A program made the translations under genes and the position numbers. This document shows positions 24,301 through 45,904 of a stretch of 64,000 nt of DNA, piece by piece (the stretch's first letter is position 1; each line of letters begins with the position of its first letter). The notes under the pieces are model-generated. The model did not search any database. It saw only the letters and a list, made by a program, of their open reading frames with translations, and was not told where the DNA came from. Location: positions 62,001 through 126,000 of the forward strand of contig DF237030.1 of NCBI GenBank assembly GCA_000708835.1, written 5' to 3'. Source of the DNA: Klebsormidium nitens. Its lineage: Eukaryota > Plantae > Klebsormidiophyceae.

Positions 24301-26414
24301 ACAGTTGCAGTACGGGTATGAGCTCTTCCACAGCACGGTTCTTGGCTGATTGTCGACTCCCAATCGAACCGGAATTGAACCGGTCGAGTGCCCGTGCAAG
24401 CTATAACAGCGCCTTCAGAAGCTGTATTGTCCAATCACGGAGCGAAGCTCCAGCTTACGTTCGGATGTCCTCTAAAAAAATAAAAGAGCCCGGAGTCCAC
24501 TGAAACTATAAGCACTTCAAGAGTTCTGAACCTGAACACTTCTCGTCAAATACCAAGTAGATAAGGTGAGTCACCTGTATGCCCCCATCTTCCCCAAACT
24601 GGCCGTGTAGAACAGGCCACATGATGTCAGCGTTCTCCTTCAAGTGACGAAGGAAGTCCTTGTGTGTTTGGAAGCGCTGGGCAGTACTGCAGCAAACATG
24701 AGCACTTGAGCATGAAATCACAGTGACGTGAGCACAAGCGCAAACGACAGAGTTTTGGAGAATTGTTTGGCCTGGAGAAGTATGTTAACCAACTAGCCGT
24801 AAACTCCACCTTTATGATAGCCTAAGAGCTGCAAGAAGCAGAGGTGATTCGGACAGATCTGCAAGTCGCAATGCTTGCTCCTAATCACTTCTTACGAAAG
24901 CAAGGGGGGTGGCCACAGTTTTTGATGACAATACATGATTGCTTGCAGACAGTGAGAGCAGGACTAAGAGGGTTGTCCATGTACCTGGCAAGTTTGAAGT
25001 CGAAGTCGGAGGGCGTATTGGAATACATCTGCGCCAAGGATAGGCGGGTGCGTTAGAGTCTGGTTTCGATATTGACCTAAGCACGCCAGCTGATGATCAA
25101 GCAGGACTTCTGATATTTGCCCTCCTTCTTACAGCCATAATATGCTATTGCTGAAATCATCATATGAGCCACAATCAATCTGCCAGCACTAGTTGGCGAG
25201 AAAACCGATTTCCAGACACCTTTCGTCACCTTGCAGAAGGACAGAAGCCTTAGCGCACCTAGACGTGTGTAACTCTCAACTCCTTTTTCCAATCTGACCC
25301 GTACCGTCCCTGCGGACTGAGCTCACCTGCTACTCTGCGTTTGCCTGACATGATATTTTCCAGATTGTGGCACTGATCGATCAAACCACATGTCAAATGA
25401 TGTGCCAAACTCCAAGGTTTCATTGTGCCATCAAAGCAAGCGGATATTCCCCTTTAGCTTGGAGCCAAGGCTCACCTGTGCAGTTGAGATTGCATACGCT
25501 TGCAGGTTTTGGTCCAAGTAATATGGGGACACGTTAATGTCAGATGACTGCAAAAGGAGGTACGGAGTTGTTGAAGAGGTGTCAGTCAAGTCACAGGACG
25601 GTGCCAATTCCCTCTGCCTTATCAACAGAGCATAGAAATCAATACCCAAAACCTTTGTTGTTATCGAAGGAGTGGAAAGCTCTGCGAGCGCTGCTCCTTC
25701 AGAGGTTGCGGAAAAACTGGAAGTACGTCCACAGCGTTCCCCTTTTGTCTGGAGCTTGGCAGCGTTACATCGCACTCAAGGCCTTTGCACAGACTGTTCA
25801 GTTCATCGGGGCAACATCAAAACAAACGAGTCGCAGGTCCTGAGGCCCGTTGACATCATTTGCAACAAACCAATTCACTTTGATAAAACGATCATCATAC
25901 TTCCACCAAATGATGGTGGTTTAGAAGTATGTTGGTGACACCCCCCCAATGTTGAGACTAAAAACTTAGCATTGTAGACCTCTACCTGCAGGTGGTCGAG
26001 CACACTTCTTGCAGAATTCAGTGATATGCCCCTCTCAGCAGACGGTCCCCCACAGATGATTGCAACCCTCAGGGGTCTGGTCGTGCTCCCCTCATCGGCT
26101 TGTGGAGCTTTGCTCTCCATCTTGAGTTGATCCTTAGACTTCTGACCACCCTGTGAGTGGTCGCAAGAGGCACTCCTCGTCCCTATACCCCGGCTTTGTG
26201 ACGAGATACTTCGGGGTTGGCTGTCAATTGGTGGAATGAGAATGGACTTACAACTCTCTGCTGATTGAATCAGAGCGCTTTTCTTCGCATGCTTGAATCC
26301 ATTGATGATCATGCAGCATTCTTTGTTGGTCCCAGAAGGTTGATGGAAGTTGGTGGATCCGCGCGCTATGACACAACCACCTGTCCGTGGTGGTGTTATG
26401 CTTTGCGCCAACAT
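18392..26414 (-). CDS. ddl: Plant-type D-alanine--D-alanine ligase (two fused Ddl modules), probably plastid-targeted; 13 exons, about 1081 aa
   Basis: Exons: 26414-25986, 25547-25476, 25028-24985, 24686-24575, 23979-23908, 23609-23547, 23196-23119, 22639-21920, 21406-20705, 20275-19578, 19154-19046, 18869-18807, 18475-18392. All are in phase. Motifs: [50 protein letters not shown] (module 1); [52 protein letters not shown] (module 2). An extension of about 110 aa precedes the first motif. The start codon is the least certain part. Confidence 0.95.
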
Positions 26415-27867
26415 GGTTTCACGAAAGCAGCAAAGATCTAGGACACCCCTTGGTGCTCCATCATGACGAGCGCAGCACTTCTATATGCTCTCTGATCCTC
26501 AGCCCATTGGGCAAGTACAGGTTGCATGCAGTAGTACTAGTAGTCCTACACCACATTGCAAAACTGTGCTCTCTAGAGGCAGCGCTGCTCTTGACCTAGC
26601 TTGACCCAGCTTGATTTCCGAGTTCAAGTGCTCATGAGTGAACAAATCTCAGCATTCCAAACGCTGCATTAGCCTTCATGTCTCTGAACGTTGGTCGGCT
26701 TTTATAGATCTCTTCGTTCATGAGTCGAGCAGGCTCGAGCTACAACATTGACAAAATCATGAGTGGTTAGCTCAGACAAGTTCATGAAGGCATGTTGCTG
26801 AGCAGAAGCAGAAGCTTCGCTATCAGAGGAGCTGGTTGTGTTTCTGGCTTGAGAGATTCCGAGATGTTTAGCAATGAAAGAGGCAACAGAGTTGTTCGAA
26901 ATCTAGTGATGTTGGTTGCGCTTCTCTCACTCTAGTGTCCATCGCGCTTGAGGACACGATCTTAAAAAGCTGGAGAAAATCAATGCAGGCGGTTGCTAGA
27001 ATCATCTGAGAAAGTGAATTCAGAAGAGCAAGATTTGTTTGTGGGAGTGGACCAAGAAGAAGTGAGAAGTCCAGAGAATCTTGCTTATGAACTAGCAAAT
27101 GCTAGAAAGTCCAGAGAAAGGCGCCAAATTTCGGAACCATAAGAATACCGAAGGCTCGGCCCTTTCTTCTTTTTAGCAGAACAATGTTCCAAAGAGCCCA
27201 CCGCACAAGAGCCGCCTGTGACGTTTGCAGCCAGTGGGGTATATGACGGCTTGTCACTTTGCATTGGACGGCTTCTAAAACAGCCGGGAGAGACCATGGA
27301 ACGATCATGTTGAGATAGAGGTGAGCTGCGAACGGTTCGTTGACAGGCCATGCATGGGTTTTGATATGTTGATTACATGTTTCGTAGTTGTTGCACTAGC
27401 AGTCGTTGATATCTTGTACCAAGGAGGCAGTTAGCTGAGTTAGCTCACCGGTCAATGATACATACTTCTGACTCATTGAAGAGCAATAGTTTTTCGAAAA
27501 GTACCACCAGCATCAAACGCAGGGGGGATTTGCGTTATCTTCTACATTCATTGATTGGCGCGTTCTAGTACTTTCTTTGGCACGAGGACGGATGGAATAG
27601 TAGACCACCAACCACTTGGCTGCATTTGTTATCAATGTCAAAAAACGGCATTTCAAAAACTCCAAGGTACTCCCCACAAGAAGGACACCACCACTCCATC
27701 ACACTCAAGATGTCTTTGTCCTGCCATCCAGGGCGTACGCACAGCCCGTCTCCAAGTATGTCGCTCCCTCCCCCTACCGATCCCCCCAGCCAGCCAGCCC
27801 CCGATCGCCCCCCCTCCTCGCGGTACCCCCCACTGAGACCATCCGACCCCCGCAAGATGGCCCTTCT

Positions 27868-39159
<11,292 letters not shown>

Positions 39160-39449
39160 CTTGCGCTGCGTCGTGTGGATCTCGGGCACAGACCAGCTTC
39201 CATGGTCATTGGACACTCCTACGTGCAACCGGCCCCGCACGTCGTTGCATGGCAGGTGTTGTACATTTGGGTCATTTCGTGCTTTGGAAAGGGACCGGCC
39301 CTTTACGCGCTGTCAATGAGGAATTCTACTTTTGTGTACGTGCGCAGTACGTTTTGAGCTCAGTGGTGCTTAATGTGTGCGGCCAGGAGTTCTAGCTTCT
39401 TGCCTGACGCGCTGACAAGGTACGGTAGTCGCGACTGTTGTTATGTCGG

Positions 39450-39980
39450 ACTCAGATGTATAAGCCATCTAGCAATTGCCCGAGTGGAAAATCAACCATG
39501 CATCGCATGTGACAATGGATCGCGTCGCATTTGGTGGCATGGACAACCGTACGCGGTAGTGGTGCGCTGGCAGTGCGGCCAACGTGGGCACTTGTGTGGT
39601 TCGCCGCCGCCGCGCGAAATGTCATGGTCGATCAGGCGCGCGCTGGCCTATGCATATAGAAGCAGACGATAATCCGGGCGGCGGCGTATAGCTTGAACAG
39701 TTAAACCTTACAGAACATATATCGATCGAGTCTGATCTGCCATCACACTGGATCTCAGACAACTTAATGCATGCATGGGAGTCGCGCGCACTGCGGCAGC
39801 CTGCACGCACACATGCCGCCCCTGTATGCATGCAGAATCGACCCAACATGCACATAACAACGTCAGAAATGTGCACTATACGTACTACACTCTTCATTGC
39901 ATCTCATGCGGCCAGGCCCGACGCGCACCACACCATCTCGGCCGTGCACGCCCAGCATTGATATAGCAAGCAAGCATCTT
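39450..39980. other. Palindrome-rich non-coding island in the tail-to-tail gap between the AAA gene and GalDH
   Basis: TCGATCGA (39722-39729), ATGCATGCAT (39767-39776), GCGCGC, TGCATGCA, GTGCAC. No credible coding exon. Confidence 0.55.
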
Positions 39981-40185
39981 TATACACCCGAGTTACGGTG
40001 TTGTTAGCTGTTCAAGGTCGATCGAGCTAGAATAATTGCAGGGCATACTCGCAAGCGTCAGTCCGATACTCTTTGCTGCCTCATGTTTCTCTCCATTACA
40101 GCGCATTAAAGGTTGAGCGGGGACCGAGTCGGTGCCTTTTGACTTACAGCTGGGGTTCGGCACGTTAGCAACATGTCGTGTCAAT

Positions 40186-43100
40186 TCAGTTGTTCTCTGG
40201 CTTACCGCTCGGCCAGGAAGCATTCTGAAGCGGAGACAAAACACTCTCAACTTCATTCAACAGACGCTCGTCAAGTGCGCCGTTCACTACCGCCTCTACG
40301 TTTGCTCTAACCTGCAATGACAAAGTCAGGAAAAGGTGAACCGGTTGCACCAATGCTTCAACAAGTACACGGAGTCGGTCAACCTTCAGACGTCAATCTT
40401 GTTCCTTTGATCCTTCTGAAACGAGACTAGAGCACATGGCTTCAACAGAGTGCCAATGCAGAACATTCGCTGGCCCGCGCAACTTTCGAAAGTGCATTCA
40501 ATTCGACAAGCACAAGCAACCATCATACGTTCGCAACCGCAGAACACAAGATACCAAAGTATGAAGCGAAGGATCAATAGAAGACACGCGTCCAGCTTAC
40601 GATCGCCGGCGACGCCATCCCCACAAGCGTGGTTGCGATGAACGGATTTGCCGTTGCGAACTGCAGCGCCAGCGTGGTGACATTCTTCCCGTGCGACTTG
40701 GCGACTTCGACGGCCTTCTTGCACGCCCCCTGTAAGAGAAGCGTAAAATCTTGTTCCTCTAACAACAATCGATTCATAGAGGGTAAGTGCCATCAAAGGT
40801 AACAGCAACACTTGACGGAAAAACCAAAGCCGTTCTTTACACCGACCTGTTTCCACCTTAATCCCCTAGCTGACTCCACCTGTCTCAAGACCTTGAGATT
40901 ACCATACAGGAACTTCGAAACGCCAAACAGATGGGAAACGCTTCTGTGTATCCAGCGCCTCTGAAACTTTGACTGCTACGCTTGTCGTTAGTCCACCAAA
41001 GTCTCAAGCGGCCCTTCAATAGAGGTCCTCAGAGGGGCGCTGAGAACAATCTGGCAGCGCCATCTGTGCAGAACTCCAAGCGGGGGACTTCGATGCTTGA
41101 ACTGCAAAGCTTGCATCTGAGCAGCGTCGCTCTGATTTCTTGGGCATTAGAAGTAGCCGGTCGTGAATGACGACGCGCTGCACCCTGCACCATTCTTTGC
41201 TCCCTCTGCTTTTGATCTAGAGGGATCCCGAATGGCTCGGATTGTAGCCCAAACTAAATTGCCGCTCATGTCCTGCCTTTTTTAGTGTGCTCAGTACCAA
41301 TGCCTTGTGAAGCCACAATTGTCACTGTCCGAGGCCATCACTCACAGAACACCACTGCAAGACGGTAAACCCCTTTGCTTGTAACTGATAATCTGCATGT
41401 CATTTGACGACCTCAGGACAACCGGCAATAGCCGGCTCTTTCAGACAGCGGCATAGTAGTATTCTCAGATCGAAGTCTTGAGATCAGTTGAGAGTGTCGG
41501 CCGTACCTTGATCTCGTCTGAAGCGGGATGCCAGTCCGGAGGCCCTTGTTCCGTCAAAAGGCCCATCGACAGCGGACTAGCGTTGATCACGCCTACGCCC
41601 TTTTCCTGCACAGGCACGTGGCGTGTGTGAGGCAGAGTGTATCAAGGATAAGCAAATCGCAAAAGGCAATGCTGCAAAGTTTGTATGTTCAGAGGGATGG
41701 TGGTGACAGCGGAGGGAGAGCAAAAGCGAACGAGAAGCGGAGCTTCGAGAAAGCATCGGACAAGCCGTGAATGCATTGGCAGCGCTTTCAAGTTTGAAAC
41801 AGTTTATCGAACCAGCAAACGGAATCGACCAAAAGCAGCAGGAAACTGAGCTAATTAAAGCGCTCAGGCCGAAGGGGATGGACGAGATAGGGGCTTGCTT
41901 TGCAAAAGCTCTGCTTCCGGAACGGTCCTCAGTCGAGCAGAGACTTTCAGGAAAACAAACACAATCCAAATCCACAAAAGGTTTGATCTTGTGAGTTGCG
42001 TTTACTCTGCTCAAATCCGCACTTTCAGGTGTCCAAAGGCGAGTCAGAGCGCCAGGGCGACATGTCTCACCTCTAGGTACGGCAGCAGGTCGCCCAAGCT
42101 GCGGTCGTTCAGACTGTAGTGGCAGTACGACAGAACGACGTCAACGGTCCCTGGGGCTACACGATCCAGTACGTACTTGTAGATCTTTAGGGGAAGCCCG
42201 GTGATTCCGATGAAGCGCACCTTGCCGGCCTCCTTGAGTTTCTGGAGGGCAGGGAGCGTCTCCTCGATGATCTGCACAGGGTTACAAGACAGTTGAGAGA
42301 AAGTTATCAGCTGGATTAGAGCTAGTTAAAAGATAGTTAAAAGATAGTCAAAAACGGTGGTGCAGAGAAGGGTGAAGTGTTACTGTGGAGTAGATATGAG
42401 AAAGCGAGGAAAGCGGAGCAGTTGAGACTGGCTTCCGAGCTACATGAGCAGATGCTTATCACATGGTAGGATGAAGCGGGGAGTGGCTCCTCAACGATGT
42501 CCCAGGGGACGCATCGGTCAAACCAAACTTTGCAAGGCCATCAAAAACCAAGTCCATATCCAATTTCAGTGCACGTGGGTAACGGAAGATGGTCAACCAG
42601 GGTTTCAATGTCCCAAATGAAACACATTTGGATGTGATGAAAAGGCAACGAAGAAAACCTGCGGGACTCATCCAGAACGCTAAGATCTTTCATCAGTTGC
42701 ATCCCGAGTACACCACTTCATCTGCTCAGACACTGGGTAGCGCCGATGTAAGTCAATCTTCAGTCTCGCAAGGCTCTCCTGATTGTTCAGGGTCCTTAAC
42801 CCCACTCGCTAACCCTCTGGAACTAAGAAGATAAGGAACGCTGTTTCCTGGGAAACTGACCTGGTCAAGTGAGCCGTACTCGATATCATGGCACTGTATG
42901 ATATCAATGTATTCGACGTTAAGCCTGGCGAGGCTCTCGTCCACGCTCTTTGTGACCCGTTCCGCACTGAAGTCGAACACGTCCTGGCCATACCGCCCGA
43001 CCTTGGTAGACAGCACAAACTTGTCGCGCGGGATGTCCTTGAGCGCCTTTCCGAGGTTGGTCTCAGCTAGCGTTGCGCCATAAAAGCTGCATATGCAAGC

Positions 43101-44268
43101 GAAATGACCCTCCTTTTGTGTGCTTTGGCTGGCAAAAACAAAATGAAGCCAGAGATGAAGAAGAGTGCCATTTGCGCTTGGGTAAGTCTTAAGAAGGGAC
43201 AGTCGCACTAAGCCTTGAGTGAGCATGATCACATTTGGGTTTGCCACTGAGTGCGCTGCTAAGATTATGTGTCACAAGATAACAGTGCCAGTAACTTTCA
43301 ACTTCTGAAGTGTGGTACGACAAGCATTGATGATCTGAAACAGGCGCCTCCAAAGAGGTCCACCCTCGACCACCCTCCAATCGAGCAGGGAGAAAACATA
43401 AGCTGCAAAAAAGTCACACTTGATCACTAGGCTTCAGTTGCAGCAGGCGCTCCGCTCTATGTGCGTCTACTCTGCAAATTTGGTCTCTGTGTGCAATCGA
43501 ATGTTGTTTCAGTTGAAAGCAAACAGATATCCGCACAAAAGTAGACAATGTTGCATTGCCTTGTTGTCTGATCAATCAAGCGGCAAGTCAAAGCTGCCGC
43601 ACACAGACTTGTTGAGTAAGCATGCCGCCAATCCAGTCTGGACTCGCTTAAAACTCTCGGTGGTGCCCTTGTCAATCACACGATGTGAATCTGAGCATGC
43701 TGCAAAACAGCAAAAGAATGCAGATGGAGACCAACATGCTCCAGAACAAAAGTATCGCACGCACTCACGGCGACACGTCAATGAAGTTGATGCCGAGTCT
43801 GATGGCCTCATGCACCGCCTCAACACCATCCGCCTCTTTCAGGTCCCCAAAAACGTTGCCAAGGGGAGACGCTCCAAACCCGAGGATTGAAACTTCAAGA
43901 CCCGTCTTTCCTAGCTTCCGTTTTGGTAACGCAGTACCAGCCATTGGACCAAGAGTTGAGTTCGCGTTGCTCTCCTGTGGACTCCACGCAAATGGGCCCT
44001 CAAAAAAGCTCGCCACAAAGCGCCGCGTCTCGGCCGCCTTCTCGCGCGTGCCGCCGAGCTTCGAATACAAGAGAAGCACGACGAAAGAAGCAAGAGCAGC
44101 CCGCAGCCCAATGCCAAACCAATCAACCTTGCTCGTGTTCCTTAGAAAAGGGATTGCTTCCACGTCTCCGCTTTGCGCCCCCTTTCCCTTCTTCTTCCAG
44201 TAGTTGTCCTCGCTGTCTGCCGCACCGGTGGTATCGTCCTGCGGCTGCTGCGTTGCTCGCTTCCTCAT
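40186..44268 (-). CDS. GalDH: L-galactose dehydrogenase (aldo-keto reductase family; Smirnoff-Wheeler ascorbate pathway); 318-aa core from ATG 43944, or 426 aa from the in-frame upstream ATG 44268
   Basis: Exons: 44268/43944-43769, 43086-42861, 42271-42071, 41605-41507, 40729-40601, 40311-40186. All are in phase. Motifs LGFGASPLGNVFG, GINFIDVSPFYG, STKVGRY, FDFSAERV, CHDIEYGSLDQI, VRFIGITGLPL, SYCHY, NASPLSMGLLT..WHPA, WPSG closely follow Arabidopsis L-GalDH. Confidence 0.9.
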
Positions 44269-44408
44269 GTCAGCTAAACCAAAGGACCTCAAAGGTGCGT
44301 CTTGAGTTGGTCGCAGGCGTCAGCCGCGACAAAACAAGAAGTGCCAATTTGGCGAACTTGCATTCACTGATTCAGAGGGGAATCTCTGGCACTGGCAGTC
44401 AGCATGGC

Positions 44409-44444
44409 TTAGGGTTTCCAGGGCCCATGGGACAAAAACCCTAA
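44409..44444. promoter_or_regulatory. Inverted telobox pair flanking a GGGCCCA (site II-like) element, upstream of GalDH
   Basis: TTAGGGTTT (44409-44417), GGGCCCA (44421-44427), AAACCCTAA (44436-44444). The telobox plus site II combination is an established plant promoter module. Confidence 0.65.
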
Positions 44445-44499
44445 ACTTCTTTTTCTAGGGACAGACCTGACATCATGATAACCCCATGATAACCTGTAA

Positions 44500-44992
44500 G
44501 GGGCTATTCGCATGCCACCGTTCCGCTAAAATTTTAACGGGGCTTTAGCGGAACCACGTGGCTCTTCATCCGAGCCCGGGTAACGGAATAGCGGCCGCAT
44601 GCCTTTCCGCGAATTGGACATTACCGCAAACCTCCGGGATTCCGGAGCTCCACGTGCACGGCCGGCCGGCCGGTCCCGGACACCGGGTGGACCAGCCCCG
44701 CTGGAAACAGACTCGGAGAAGCCTGGGAGGCTGGCAGGCGAGGGAGGGGTACAAACTTTATTGAATCGTGGCCGTTCGATGTGCCACGGCGGCTTTTAGC
44801 GGAACCCGCTACAATCTGTAGAATGTATATGGCCGGTTATACAATGTAGCGGAATCGCTACAATGTAGCGGGATTCCGTGCGTGCGAAAGTTTTGGTTTA
44901 AGCGGAAAAGGGTGCATGCGATGGTAATTTTCTCGGTTTTCCGCCAGAATGTAGCGATAATGTAGCGATAGCGGTGGCATGCGAACAGCCCC
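44500..44992. mobile_element. Tourist-like MITE (non-autonomous PIF/Harbinger element), 493 bp
   Basis: 21-bp TIRs with one mismatch: GGGGCTATTCGCATGCCACCG (44500-44520) and CGGTGGCATGCGAACAGCCCC (44972-44992). TAA target-site duplication at 44497-44499 and 44993-44995. About ten subterminal TAGCG/CGCTA motifs. No transposase ORF. Confidence 0.88.
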
Positions 44993-45369
44993 TAAGTTTA
45001 ATTAAGGTAGGTATTGTGACCACGTACAGAGTTATTAATTGCTCTCAGCCGTACAAAAGCTTCGAATGTTTGGAAGCAGAGCAGCTATCACCGAGTTGTT
45101 TCCAGGATATATACGGCCGTCCATCTCGACAGTGGACGACCAACTTTGTGCCTAAGGTATGACGAGATAAGCAGGAGGCAGACTGTTCTAACTTCTTATA
45201 CACACTCCACTGCCGGTCTACCCTTGGTTGAAGGTTTTTTGAAGGCCGTTCGCGTCTGCTTCGCCGACTGTTCGGAATTTGCCTGGTAAGTGGTGAATAT
45301 GCTAGCTCCAAAAAGAATCATCTCTAAGGCAAACTTCCATAGCGTATTGTCAAATGTCCCATACCTTAT

Positions 45370-45700
45370 ATGAAAATTATTTTGGAGGGCCATGTAATTA
45401 ATTCTGAAGGGGAATGGACGTCATCCTGCGGATCGAGACAAGCCCGCGGGCCGCGGCCCATGTATGATGTACGGCAGCTGCAGTGCGGTCGTTCGCCGCC
45501 CCCGGGAAGGATCCACAACGACAGCCATTGGCATCAGCTAGCTGGCAGATTGAATGGCGCCAGGATGGCGCCCCACATTTATAGCTAAGTAGGCTTGGCT
45601 GGGGTGGTCATTTTGCGGCAGCCATGCGCCCAGGCAGCTCTGGAGTCCGAGCTCCCATATGCTGCCTAACGAGCCTGCTCCAGGGATGTTATAAGTTGTG
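45370..45700. other. Palindrome-rich non-coding island upstream of the HD-Zip gene
   Basis: CCCGCGGG, CCGCGG, CAGCTG, CTGCAG, CAGCTAGCTG, GGCGCC twice, GAGCTC, CATATG within about 330 bp. Confidence 0.45.
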
Positions 45701-45904
45701 GCGGGGCTTTCATTGAAACAAGCTTCTTTCCTTCATGGTCTCAATGGCGGCCGGCGAGCATGATCTATCAAGGTATTCAAAAGAGAAGCAGGTGTAGAGA
45801 GAGCACATAGTTTCTGTTTAAGCAGTAGGTCAGTAGGATAAGCAGATAGCTCAAAACCTGGGAACGTGTTGTCAAGCTTGCATACTTGCAAATTTGATCC
45901 TTGG

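Noticed and set aside
18392-26414. ddl as evidence of bacterial DNA, contamination or recent HGT
   Set aside because: It has twelve spliceosomal introns, the plant-type two-module architecture and eukaryotic neighbours.
26850-27330. Purine-rich stretch as extra 5' exons of the AAA gene
   Set aside because: Only short open frames are present and I could not build a phase-consistent chain to 27616/27868. This is left unresolved pending RNA-seq.
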